From an uncultured Alphaproteobacteria bacterium (GTDB lineage: Bacteria; Pseudomonadota; Alphaproteobacteria; CAAHEQ01; UBA3637): a stretch of DNA of 64,000 bases. The stretch covers positions 23,009 to 87,008 of the forward strand of contig CANPXT010000002.1 of NCBI GenBank assembly GCA_947586835.1, written 5' to 3'. This document shows, one piece after another, positions 19,975 through 29,364 of this stretch. Below the pieces are notes generated by a model that was not told the origin of the DNA, did no database searches, and was given only the letters and a program-made list of their open reading frames with translations. The position numbers and the translations under genes were made by a program. Numbering within the stretch: position 1 is the first letter of the stretch; the number at the start of each line of letters is the position of its first letter.

Positions 19975-20669
19975 AAGGCGTGTCCTTTCAACTCAACCAG
20001 CTGACCGTTTTGAACACTGACCTGACGTGTCATTTGAACAGCCAATTCGGGATTATGCGTTGCAATAAATGCGCTTAATTTGGTTTGTTTGACCATACGC
20101 AACAAAGTTTTAAAAACGCTTTGAGATGTTTTGGGATCTAAATTTCCCGTCGGTTCATCGGCAAGCAACAAAGCCGGCTGATTTGCCAGTGCTCTGGCAA
20201 TGGCAACGCGTTGTTGCTCCCCACCGGATAATTCACCCGAACGATGAGAAATGCGATCTTTCAACCCCACCTCTTCCAACAAAAACAAGGCATATTCTTT
20301 GGCTTCTTTCATTGATTTTCCAGCAATTAATTGCGGCAACATCACATTTTCCAATGCGTTAAAATCAGGCAGAAGCAAATGCGACTGATAAACAAACCCG
20401 ATAGCGGTACTGCGCATATGTGTTCGCTCTTTATCGGAAGCTTTCGACATATTCACGCCTTGCACAAAAATTGTTCCGCTTGTGGGCGTATCCAACAAAC
20501 CGGCAATATGTAACAGTGTTGATTTACCCGACCCGGAAGGTCCGACCAGCGCCACAATTTCACCGGATTTAATTTGCAAATTCACGCCGTTCAACACATG
20601 CAATGCCGTTTCTTTTTTGCCGTATGTCCGGCAAATATTTTCAAGTTTTAACACCATCTTATCATTCAT
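19971..20669 (-). CDS. lolD: lipoprotein-releasing ABC transporter ATP-binding protein
   Basis: Walker A GPSGSGKST, LSGGEQQRVAIARAL and LLADEPTGNLD. ATGA overlap with dnaE and adjacency to the lolC/E permease. Confidence 0.85.
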   Translation of the reverse strand: MNDKMVLKLENICRTYGKKETALHVLNGVNLQIKSGEIVALVGPSGSGKSTLLHIAGLLDTPTSGTIFVQGVNMSKASDKERTHMRSTAIGFVYQSHLLLPDFNALENVMLPQLIAGKSMKEAKEYALFLLEEVGLKDRISHRSGELSGGEQQRVAIARALANQPALLLADEPTGNLDPKTSQSVFKTLLRMVKQTKLSAFIATHNPELAVQMTRQVSVQNGQLVELKGHAL

Positions 20670-21912
20670 AGCGTAACGCCTCCACCGGATCGGTTTTTCC
20701 TGCCTTATACGACGGATACAAAGTTGAAAGCAACGATAAAATCAAGCTCATGCCGACTACAACGGCAACTTCCGTCATATCAACTTTTGCCGGCAAATGA
20801 GAAAGAAAATAAATTTCAGCCGAAAACAATTCCCTTCCGGATAAACTTTCCAGAGCTTCTTTAATAGCATCAATGTTATAACAAAACGCCAGCCCGACGG
20901 CAAAACCGGCAAGCGTTCCGAACACGCCGACCGTTAAGCCGGACATTAAAAACACCCGTTGCACGGCGCCGCGCGTCAAGCCCATTGTTCGCAACACGGC
21001 TATATCTTTGGCTTTATCTTTAACCAGCATAATTAAGCCGGAAATCATATTAAAAGCAGCCACCACGATGATGAGCGTTAAAATTAAAAACATCACGTTT
21101 CGTTCTACTTCAATGGCATTAAAAAAGGCCTGATTGGTATAACGCCAATCGTGTATTTGCGCTTTATCCCCCATAGCAACAAAAGCCTGATCAATCAGCT
21201 GTGCCATATCGACATTTTTTTGCGTAAAAATTTCCAAATGCGAAACTTTATCTTTCAGCATAAAAAACTTTTGCGCTTCTTCAAGAGGCATAAAAATAAA
21301 ATTGCCGTCATATTCACTCATACCGCTGTCAAACGTGCCGATAACGGTATAAGCTTTCATTTTTGGTAGTGTTCCGAAAGCCGTTACATTACCTTTGGGA
21401 GAAATAAGTGTCACATCATCACCGGGACGCACAGCTAATTTACGCGCCAAACGATAACCTAAAATAACTTGTCCGTCGGTAAATTCCGTAAGCGGCAATC
21501 CTTGATATTTTCCGCCCAATAACGGCCGTTTTTCAAAATCTGCCGCACGCATACCGCGCACCATAACACCGGCTGCCGTTTCTTTGGAAGAAATCATCAC
21601 TTGTCCGTCCACAACCGGCACGGCCTGACTCACGCCGTTAATAGCAGCCATTTTTGCCACACGATTTTCTACATCACCAAGTGAGGCACCCCAAGCGGGA
21701 TAAACGCCGAACTGTCCGTTAATGCCCAAAACACGTGTCATCAACTCTTCACGAAACCCGTTCATCACGCTCATGACAATAATTAAGGTTGCGACACCCA
21801 GCATAATGCCCAAAAAAGAAAATCCGGCAATAACTGATACAAATCCGGTTCTTTTGCGGGATTTCAAGTAGCGAAACGCCAACATTCTTTCTGTTTTCGA
21901 AAACATATTCAT
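20662..21912 (-). CDS. lolC: lipoprotein-releasing system permease (LolC/E family)
   Basis: 416 aa, FtsX/MacB-type topology. N-terminal AFRYLKSRK. Overlaps lolD. Confidence 0.85.
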   Translation of the reverse strand: MNMFSKTERMLAFRYLKSRKRTGFVSVIAGFSFLGIMLGVATLIIVMSVMNGFREELMTRVLGINGQFGVYPAWGASLGDVENRVAKMAAINGVSQAVPVVDGQVMISSKETAAGVMVRGMRAADFEKRPLLGGKYQGLPLTEFTDGQVILGYRLARKLAVRPGDDVTLISPKGNVTAFGTLPKMKAYTVIGTFDSGMSEYDGNFIFMPLEEAQKFFMLKDKVSHLEIFTQKNVDMAQLIDQAFVAMGDKAQIHDWRYTNQAFFNAIEVERNVMFLILTLIIVVAAFNMISGLIMLVKDKAKDIAVLRTMGLTRGAVQRVFLMSGLTVGVFGTLAGFAVGLAFCYNIDAIKEALESLSGRELFSAEIYFLSHLPAKVDMTEVAVVVGMSLILSLLSTLYPSYKAGKTDPVEALRYE

Positions 21913-22093
21913 CCTTTATTTCTGTTTAAGAAATACTTTACAGGAAAATCCCGAAAACCGCAAGCATAAAAAGCTTTTTTGGCATTTTTTTTGAAATAAT
22001 TTTCTTTTTTTAATAAAAACAGGTGTGCATTTAAAAGCCAAAGAACGAACAAGCCGCACGCACAATAAAATCTTTGACTTTTTTAAGACAATC

Positions 22094-22127
22094 AAAAAAT
22101 CCGCCCTTTTAAAAGAGCGGATTTTTA
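22094..22127 (-). terminator. rho-independent terminator after gene 22135..22590
   Basis: AAAAATCCGC / GCGGATTTTT stem around a 12-nt loop, with a T-run on the minus strand. Confidence 0.7.
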
Positions 22128-22134
22128 ATTTAAA

Positions 22135-22590
22135 TTATCTGCTATTATCCCTGCTATTATCCCTGTCCGCCACCAGAATGTCGTTGTTGTTCACAGACCG
22201 AGTATCCTCATCAGGAAGACTTATACCCACCTTTCCAAGTGTCTGTTTCAATTTCGCTTTGTAACCCGAAAGTTCTTCAAAGCGTTTATGTGCTGCCCTA
22301 ACATCATTTTCATATCCGTTACGCTTTGCATGTTCTTCTAAATCTTTCCAATTAACATCTTTCATTCGCTCCACAAACGAAGAAGAATGCTGATTGATAA
22401 TCTCTTTTCCATCAGCACTGTTCAGCGGAATGACAAGACTACCATTGTGCGGAACATTACCTTCAATCCTAGCCGGGTTACCGCTATGATCATAAGTAAT
22501 TGTGTATGTTGTTTTTTCATCTGTCTTAATTTGTTCTTTTTGAACACCGCCAAATACATTAAACTCTCTAAACTCTCTTTCATCAGTCAT
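22135..22590 (-). CDS. hypothetical protein (no signal peptide), gene next to repeat copy A
   Basis: 151-aa ORF with AAGGAG RBS and a clean terminator downstream. No motif recognised. Confidence 0.6.
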   Translation of the reverse strand: MTDEREFREFNVFGGVQKEQIKTDEKTTYTITYDHSGNPARIEGNVPHNGSLVIPLNSADGKEIINQHSSSFVERMKDVNWKDLEEHAKRNGYENDVRAAHKRFEELSGYKAKLKQTLGKVGISLPDEDTRSVNNNDILVADRDNSRDNSR

Positions 22591-22662
22591 TTAAAGACTC
22601 CTTTCGTTTACATGACTTTATTTTTATCACACAACAGTTTATATGACTTTTTCAGTATAAAT

Positions 22663-22818
22663 TAAACGTACGTTTTTTGCAACACTTTTTTCACTTTTCA
22701 TCAAAAAAATTTATTTCTATGGTTTTTTATTCATTTTCAATCGGTTATTTTTTTATTATTTTCAAAATGTTTGACCTTTTGAGCGTGCAAAAAAGTGCAC
22801 CAACTAGACCTACGTTTA
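22663..22818 (+). repeat. copy A of 157-bp IR-bounded AT-rich element (candidate invertible promoter or MITE)
   Basis: TAAACGTACGTTTTTTGCAACAC...GCGTGCAAAAAAGTGCACCAACTAGACCTACGTTTA. Homology to copies B and C ends exactly at the termini. The left end is 72 nt from the start of 22135..22590. Confidence 0.9.
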
Positions 22819-22994
22819 TTTTTGGCAACAACATGAAAATAAAAACAAATTAAAATAATTTTGAAAATTATGCTTAAATGTTGATTTTAAATAAAATATG
22901 TATAAAAAAACTGCTTGAAAGTCCCTATGACTTTCAAAAATTCAATTGCGAATCGCGTTAAAAAATTAAATCGAAAGCAACCGGAAAAATAACC

Positions 22995-23558
22995 TTACTT
23001 CCACGATGAAATCCAAGTTTGAATTTCTGCCAAAGGCGTTTGTAATTCATTACCGCCTGCGGAATCAAAGAGAATTTCTTTATCGGCAATAACCGTTGCA
23101 CCCGTTGAAGCCGTTTTCATATCTTTAATAACCGTTCCCGCCCAACCGGCATTCGTTGAAAACAAAACAACCTCTTTACCCTGCAAACTCGTGTGATTGA
23201 AAAACGTTAAAACCGCCGGCGCCATTTTATACCACCATGTAGGCGTTCCGATAACAATTCGTTCGTACGGTGCAACATTCGGTAATGCTTTTAGCGTTGG
23301 CTGATAACCGGCATTAACTTCTTTTTGCCCCAGTGCGGAAAGCTCCTCCATATCGTGCGGATATGTTTTTTCCGTTTCAAGCCGAAAAATATCGGCATTC
23401 GTTTCTTTTTGTATCATTTCGGCAATTTGTTTTGTATTTCCGCTGACGGAATAATAAACAACCAATGTTTTATTCATATTTTCCTCCTGTTTTGCAAAAC
23501 ACGGGAGCGCGAACAACAAAGCGCTCCACAAAAAAAGGGGAAACTTAATATGTTTCAT
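22995..23558 (-). CDS. flavodoxin-family protein with N-terminal signal peptide
   Basis: Signal-like MKHIKFPLFLWSALLFALPCFA, then VVYYSVSGNTKQIAE (flavodoxin FMN loop). GGAGGA RBS. Confidence 0.7.
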   Translation of the reverse strand: MKHIKFPLFLWSALLFALPCFAKQEENMNKTLVVYYSVSGNTKQIAEMIQKETNADIFRLETEKTYPHDMEELSALGQKEVNAGYQPTLKALPNVAPYERIVIGTPTWWYKMAPAVLTFFNHTSLQGKEVVLFSTNAGWAGTVIKDMKTASTGATVIADKEILFDSAGGNELQTPLAEIQTWISSWK

Positions 23559-23643
23559 ACTATAATCCTCCCCACCGATAAATTCCCACCGCTCAAAGGG
23601 AATAATCGGTTCACTGTCATCTTCTTAAAAAGACCTAAAAGAC

Positions 23644-24633
23644 CTATTCTTTATCTAAATCAACCAATTCATATTCTCGTGAACCCAATCCGATTGATTC
23701 GGCATAAGGCAAAATGTGCCGTCCGTTTTGACGCTCGACACGTGCAATGAAATGATCGCGCCCTACATCGGTCGATGACCAAATTTTATCAATGGCCGCC
23801 TGATCAACCGCCACCGGATCGGTTGACGCCAAAATACCGATATCCGCCATACACGGATCTTCAGGGCTGGAATCACAATCGCAATCAACGGATAAATTAT
23901 TCATAACGTTGATATATAAAATATTGCCGTGCATATAATCGGCAACGGCTTTGGCCGCTTCCGCCATTGATTCCAAAAAGGCGTTTTGCTCGGGCAGTTT
24001 TGACCATAATTCATCCACAATGCGTGTGGCGCCTGCCGTGTGAATATAAGTTTTACCCGCACTGGACGCCACACCGATGGATTGATTTTTCAAAACACCG
24101 CCGAAACCGCCCATGGCATGCCCTTTAAAGTGCGCCAAATTCAAAATGGAATCGTAGTTTTTCAAATGCGTCCCCACAATATCATATTTCAAATGTTTGC
24201 CGTTGGTAACGGGAATTTCAAAATCACCCTCGCTATCCATTAAATCAACCTTGGCAATTTTGGTAAATCCGTGTTCTTCAACGGCTTTCAAATGCTCTTC
24301 CAACGTATTGCGCCGACCGGCATAAGCCGTATTGCACTCAACAATCGTTCCGTTTAACTCTTTCACCAGTTTTCCGATGAGTTCGGGCTTTAAATAATTA
24401 TGTCCGCCCGGTTCGCCCGTTGAAATTTTAACGCCGATTTTTCCGGGTAATTCTTTCCCGAGCTGATGATAAATTTTAACCAAACTTTCCGGCGTAATTT
24501 CTTTGGTAAAATAAACAACGGGTTTTGTCATTTTCTCCTCCTTATTTTGATTTTGTTCCGCATTTTGTTCCGCCGTTGCGGTTCCCGCCGCAAAAGCACA
24601 CAACACACCTAAAAAACACAGCCATTTTTTCAT
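23644..24633 (-). CDS. DUF362 domain protein with N-terminal signal peptide
   Basis: ATG at 24633 with AAGGAGA RBS. MKKWLCFLGVLCAFAAGTATA signal. DUF362-like core with a CDCD...C cluster. Confidence 0.65.
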   Translation of the reverse strand: MKKWLCFLGVLCAFAAGTATAEQNAEQNQNKEEKMTKPVVYFTKEITPESLVKIYHQLGKELPGKIGVKISTGEPGGHNYLKPELIGKLVKELNGTIVECNTAYAGRRNTLEEHLKAVEEHGFTKIAKVDLMDSEGDFEIPVTNGKHLKYDIVGTHLKNYDSILNLAHFKGHAMGGFGGVLKNQSIGVASSAGKTYIHTAGATRIVDELWSKLPEQNAFLESMAEAAKAVADYMHGNILYINVMNNLSVDCDCDSSPEDPCMADIGILASTDPVAVDQAAIDKIWSSTDVGRDHFIARVERQNGRHILPYAESIGLGSREYELVDLDKE

Positions 24634-24764
24634 ATGGTTCTCCTTTCTTCCCTGATTAAAATCAGTATAGCACAAAAGCAAGAAAGAATGTCAAGGAAAA
24701 TTTTTGTTTTTATTCAAAAAAATATTAATTCACACCTTTCGCAAAATCTTTTGTTATTTTTCTC

Positions 24765-24792
24765 TTGCTTTTGAAGAAAAAAATCGTAAAAT
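24765..24792 (+). promoter_or_regulatory. sigma70-like promoter (TTGCTT-16-TAAAAT) for the FprA-like gene
   Basis: Hexamers at 24765-24770 and 24787-24792. Confidence 0.35.
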
Positions 24793-24828
24793 ACCGTTAT
24801 TATTTATCTTGATTGGAAAGGAAAACAA

Positions 24829-25998
24829 ATGAATACGCAACTTTTACCGGATATTTTCTATATCGGCGCCGATGATAAAACATTAGATTTATTTGAAGGA
24901 CAATATACCATTCCGAACGGCATTTCTTATAACTCTTATGTGATTAAAGATGAAAAAATCGCCGTGATGGATACCGTTGACAAACGGGCAACCGATGAAT
25001 GGCTTTTTAACTTAAATCGCGTGTTAAACGGCAAAACGCCCGATTATCTGGTCGTGCTTCATTTAGAGCCGGATCACGCCGCTAATATCGAAAAATTTCT
25101 TGCACTTTATCCGAACGCCAAAATCGTAACGAATGCCCGCGCATTGAATATGATTCCGCAATTTTTTCCGCACATTGACTTAACCGATCGACATGTGGTT
25201 GTAAATGAAACGACTCCGCTTCATTTAGGGCGGCATACCTTGCATTTCGTTATGGCACCGATGGTGCATTGGCCGGAAGTGATGGTCGCGTATGATGAAG
25301 CCGATAAAATTTTATTTTCCGCCGATGCTTTCGGAAAATTCGGCGCACTCGATACCGATGAAGAGTGGGATTGCGAAGCCCGTCGCTATTATATCAACAT
25401 TGTCGGCAAATACGGTGTTCAGGTGCAGGCGTTGTTGAAAAAAGCCACTACGCTTGACATTCAAAAAATCTTTCCGCTGCACGGTCCCGTGCTGACGGAA
25501 AATTTGGCGCATTATATCGGAAAATATGATATTTGGAGTTCTTATCGTCCGGAAGATGAAGGTGTTTTAATTGCTTATGCTTCCGTTTACGGGCATACAA
25601 AAGCCGCAGCAGAAAAGTTAAAAGCCGTTTTGGAACAAAAAAGCCCGACAACAAAAGTTGTATTAACCGATTTGGCGCGCGATGATATGGCGGAAGCCGT
25701 GGAAGATGCTTTCCGCTATGATCGTTTGGTATTGGCGTCCGTCACATATGACGGCGGTATTTTCCCGCCCATGGAAAGTTTTCTGGCGCACTTAAACAGT
25801 AAAAATTATCAAAACAGAACTGTCGGATTCATTGAAAACGGCTCTTGGGCACCCGCGGCGGCCAAAAAAATGAAAGCCGCTTTGGAAGGCTTAAAAAATT
25901 TAACGTTTTTGGAACCCGTTGTCAGTATCAAATCGGCACTCAAAGAAGCTGATGAAGGAACACTTCACGCATTGGCCGATGCTCTGCTTTCAAAATAA
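24829..25998 (+). CDS. FprA-family A-type flavoprotein (metallo-beta-lactamase-like plus flavodoxin domains)
   Basis: HLEPDHAAN di-iron motif, then C-terminal flavodoxin-like AYASVYGHTK. 389 aa. Confidence 0.8.
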   Translation: MNTQLLPDIFYIGADDKTLDLFEGQYTIPNGISYNSYVIKDEKIAVMDTVDKRATDEWLFNLNRVLNGKTPDYLVVLHLEPDHAANIEKFLALYPNAKIVTNARALNMIPQFFPHIDLTDRHVVVNETTPLHLGRHTLHFVMAPMVHWPEVMVAYDEADKILFSADAFGKFGALDTDEEWDCEARRYYINIVGKYGVQVQALLKKATTLDIQKIFPLHGPVLTENLAHYIGKYDIWSSYRPEDEGVLIAYASVYGHTKAAAEKLKAVLEQKSPTTKVVLTDLARDDMAEAVEDAFRYDRLVLASVTYDGGIFPPMESFLAHLNSKNYQNRTVGFIENGSWAPAAAKKMKAALEGLKNLTFLEPVVSIKSALKEADEGTLHALADALLSK

Positions 25999-27233
25999 TA
26001 TTGCTTTTGAAACAGGGTTTTGTTAATGAGAACCGAGCAAAAACCCATAACGGCGGTAAAAAGCGTTAACAAAAGTAAAAAATAACGCAAAAGTTCAAAG
26101 TTTTGATAAGAGGCAACAATCAAAAGCCCGAAAAAACCGACAAGACGACCGGCATTTAAAAACATTTCCCGAACGGCAAAATATTCCGTTTTAAAAAGAA
26201 TTTTCACGCCTTGAATATTGGCACCGTTAAACATATTTACACTGGTAATCATCAACAACAATCGGGTAGCCGTTACAAAACTTAAATTATATAAAATAAA
26301 CGTTTCCCGACCGGGATAGAGAACAAAAATAAGCGATGTGGCGGTGGTTAAAACAGTTGTGACAATTAAAATTTTCACAAAGTTTTGATATTGCGCAAAC
26401 TTCCCGAACAAAAAATTCATAACAACCGTTGCCAGCGTAAAAAGCGAAGTTAAACTGCCTAAATTAAAATTGGTTTGAAATAAATAAACAATATAAAGCG
26501 TGACCACAACCGTTAAAACGCCTTCCAACGCAAGCCCGCGAAAAAACTCCATCAAATAAATATAGCGAACGGCTTGTTTACGAAACGTTTTTTGAAAATA
26601 AGCGCCCACGTTATAGGGTAATAAATGTCGCTTTTTCTTTTCAACAACGCAATAGGAACCGAGAAAGTTCAAAACGGATAAACAGGCTAAAAATTTCATA
26701 ATCGTGTTTAACGAATCAAACGATAAAAACAACCCCAGCAAAAACGGCGAAACAATTTTAATAATGTTTTTAACGCAATCCAAATATCCTTGATATTTAA
26801 TCATTTTATTTTGTGAAACGCCGGCGGACACAAGCAAATTAAACGGATAATAATGAAAAGCGCTGATAAAAGCGTATATCGCCCCCAAAAACACCACATG
26901 TTGACAGGCATTTTCGCCGAAAAACCAAACAGAGGCAAAAAAAATCAATTCAAAAAAGCATCCGAAACGATATATAGTCATTTTCGAATGATTTTTAAGC
27001 CAAAAGCCCGTTATATACGACAACACAAACGCTAAACCGAACAAAGATAAATAGTAATAAGCAATCGGCAATAAATTTTCACCGGACAGCTTAAATAAAT
27101 AGGCCAACAAAAATGTGCTGATAAAAAGTTCCGTCACGGAAAAAAGACACATTAAAGCTGATAAATATTTCATATTATTAAAATCAATATTTGTTGTTTT
27201 TTGACTTTTTAAAAACTGAAAACACCCGCGCAT
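25965..27233 (-). CDS. polytopic membrane protein, MFS-like transporter
   Basis: About 12 predicted hydrophobic helices. The track start at 27290 is TTG; ATG at 27233 follows a GGAGAG RBS. Family assignment is tentative. Confidence 0.5.
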   Translation of the reverse strand: MRGCFQFLKSQKTTNIDFNNMKYLSALMCLFSVTELFISTFLLAYLFKLSGENLLPIAYYYLSLFGLAFVLSYITGFWLKNHSKMTIYRFGCFFELIFFASVWFFGENACQHVVFLGAIYAFISAFHYYPFNLLVSAGVSQNKMIKYQGYLDCVKNIIKIVSPFLLGLFLSFDSLNTIMKFLACLSVLNFLGSYCVVEKKKRHLLPYNVGAYFQKTFRKQAVRYIYLMEFFRGLALEGVLTVVVTLYIVYLFQTNFNLGSLTSLFTLATVVMNFLFGKFAQYQNFVKILIVTTVLTTATSLIFVLYPGRETFILYNLSFVTATRLLLMITSVNMFNGANIQGVKILFKTEYFAVREMFLNAGRLVGFFGLLIVASYQNFELLRYFLLLLTLFTAVMGFCSVLINKTLFQKQYYFESRASANA

Positions 27234-27286
27234 TTTTTCTCTCCATTTTAAAACTGCCGGCATTATATATAAAATAAAAAATTCTG

Positions 27287-28720
27287 TCAATATTTAACGG
27301 ATGATTTTTGCACAATTTTAAAATAATAAACTCCGAAACATATCAGCGCAAATATCACCCCGACGGGATAGGAAATTGTTGTCGATAAACCGAATCCCTC
27401 TTTTGCCTGCAAAATATAAGTGGCGACAACAGCTGACATAAACGTTGCCGGCAAAGCTGCCGTTAACGAAGCAATCGGCGGATAGCCGTTTTTGTGCAAA
27501 TAAGCGGCTCCTGTCCATAACACAATCATGGCAAGCACCTGATTTGACCATGAAAAATAACGCCACATAACTTCAAAAGGAAGTTGTCCGCCAAGTGCGG
27601 TTATTATTAAAACCGGAACAGCAATCAGTAACCTTTTTCCTGCTTTTTTCTGATCAAACCGAAACCAATCAGCAATTGTCAATCGAGCCGATCGTAAAGC
27701 CGTATCACCCGATGTAATCGGACAGATGATAACCCCGATCATCGCCAACACACCGCCTGTTGTACCCAACAGGGTTGTACTGATCGTGTAAACAACCGAA
27801 CCGGCACCGTCGTTTGTTAAGGCCTCAGAAAGCAAAGCGGTATTTTCATAAAACGTCACACCGGCAGCCGCCCATATTAATGCGATAATTCCTTCGGTAA
27901 CCATGGCGCCGTAAAACACAACTCTGCCGTATTTCTCATTTTGAAGACATCGCGCCATAATCGGCGATTGTGTTGCATGAAAACCCGAAACGGCGCCACA
28001 GGCAACCGTCACAAACATCATCGCCCAAACAGGTAATTCATTCGGATGTGTTTGATAAAGCGTCTCAAACGTTAATTCAGGCATCGGATGCGGAGAATGA
28101 ACAATCAACGCGCCGGCTATTCCCAATGCCATAACAATTAACGTCAATCCGAAAAACGGATAAAGTGTGCCGATGAGTTTATCAACCGGCAAAAATGTTG
28201 CCAAGAAATAATAAAAAAGAATGAGGGCAAGCCAAAAATTTACACCGAACCATTCTGGCGTTAAATTGTTGATTAAAGCTGCCGGTCCGACCGAAAAATT
28301 AATTCCGATTAAAATCAGTAAAACAACGGAAAAAAGACGCATAACCGTTCGCACTTTATTTCCCAAATATTGACCCGATATTTCGGCAACGGATCTGCCG
28401 TTGTTTCGAATGCTGATCATACCTGAAAGATAATCATGAACCCCACCTCCAAATATGGTGCCGAAAACAATCCACAGATACACCTTCGGTCCCCATACTG
28501 CTCCCATTAATGCCCCGAAAATAGGACCGAGTCCGGCTATATTTAACAGCTGAATGAGATATACCCTGCCTGTTTTCATCGGAATATAATCAACACCGTC
28601 CGTTAACGCATAAGCCGGTGTTAAACGCTTCGTATTTATCCGAAACACGCGCTCAATTATTCGACTGTATAGAAAAAAACCCGTCAATAAAAGAAAAACG
28701 GCACTCAAAAACGTAATCAT
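27287..28720 (-). CDS. cstA: carbon starvation protein A family transporter
   Basis: LNIAGLGPIFGA and CGAVSGFHATQSP motifs. Polytopic, 477 aa. Confidence 0.85.
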   Translation of the reverse strand: MITFLSAVFLLLTGFFLYSRIIERVFRINTKRLTPAYALTDGVDYIPMKTGRVYLIQLLNIAGLGPIFGALMGAVWGPKVYLWIVFGTIFGGGVHDYLSGMISIRNNGRSVAEISGQYLGNKVRTVMRLFSVVLLILIGINFSVGPAALINNLTPEWFGVNFWLALILFYYFLATFLPVDKLIGTLYPFFGLTLIVMALGIAGALIVHSPHPMPELTFETLYQTHPNELPVWAMMFVTVACGAVSGFHATQSPIMARCLQNEKYGRVVFYGAMVTEGIIALIWAAAGVTFYENTALLSEALTNDGAGSVVYTISTTLLGTTGGVLAMIGVIICPITSGDTALRSARLTIADWFRFDQKKAGKRLLIAVPVLIITALGGQLPFEVMWRYFSWSNQVLAMIVLWTGAAYLHKNGYPPIASLTAALPATFMSAVVATYILQAKEGFGLSTTISYPVGVIFALICFGVYYFKIVQKSSVKY

Positions 28721-28800
28721 TTGTTTATTCCTTTCAAATATTTGAAAGCATACGCCGTTTATGTATTTTTGACAAGCATTTTTTATAGATTTGACTTATA

Positions 28801-28831
28801 AAAAAAGCCGTCCGATAAAAGACGGCTTTTC
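28801..28831 (-). terminator. rho-independent terminator after the LTXXQ gene
   Basis: AGCCGTC / GACGGCT stem, 8-nt loop, A6/T-run flanks. Confidence 0.7.
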
Positions 28832-28847
28832 ATTAAAAAAATACCGA

Positions 28848-29363
28848 TTAATCTTCTTTTGGCATCATGGGTTTTTCATGCGGAAAATGATGCTTCTTTT
28901 TATGCTTCATTTTATCTTTAAAATGATGGTTATCTTTCATTTTTTCTCTTTTGGCCTTATGTTCTTCGTGAATTTGTTTAAGCGTTTCTTTTTGGCGATC
29001 CGTCAATAAGGCTTCAAACTCGGTTTTACTTTGCTCTCTCAATGCTTTGGCCTTTTCCTGCAATTTACTGATTTCATCCATAATTTTTTTCATCTCTGCC
29101 TGATTTTTTTCGTGCAGTTCTTTGGATTTTTTACGTTGTTCATCGGTCAATTCCAAACGTGAAGCAAACTTTTCGCGCATTTCCTCACGATGTTTTTTCA
29201 TTTGCTCCATATCAGCGACTTTGTCATGCATCTCATCACGAACAATCTGAGCTTTTTGTGCCGTTGTCGGTTCCGTCGGCACCGAGGGAACCTTATCGGC
29301 AAATGCTGCCGTGGAAAGTAAAATCATTCCCAAACTTAATCCTAAAATTTTATGTATAAACAT
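28848..29363 (-). CDS. periplasmic LTXXQ-motif protein (CpxP/Spy/ZraP family) with His-rich tail
   Basis: Signal peptide, two LTxxQ motifs (LTDEQRKK, LTDRQKET) and a C-terminal HHFKDKMKHKKKHHFPH tail. Confidence 0.65.
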   Translation of the reverse strand: MFIHKILGLSLGMILLSTAAFADKVPSVPTEPTTAQKAQIVRDEMHDKVADMEQMKKHREEMREKFASRLELTDEQRKKSKELHEKNQAEMKKIMDEISKLQEKAKALREQSKTEFEALLTDRQKETLKQIHEEHKAKREKMKDNHHFKDKMKHKKKHHFPHEKPMMPKED

Positions 29364-29364
29364 A

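Noticed and set aside
22025-22264. ORF 22025..22264 (+).
   Set aside because: It runs through the terminator hairpin and antisense into the 3' end of gene 22135..22590. It has no RBS.
22676-22705. ECF-type -35-like TGCAAC in the element's left end.
   Set aside because: No CGT-type -10 lies at 16-17 nt spacing, in any copy.
22819-22994. A possible small gene or RNA downstream of copy A (for example ATGAAAATAAAAACAAATTAA at about 22843).
   Set aside because: It is only a 6-codon ORF without an RBS. I saw no conserved structure or similarity to the regions downstream of copies B and C.
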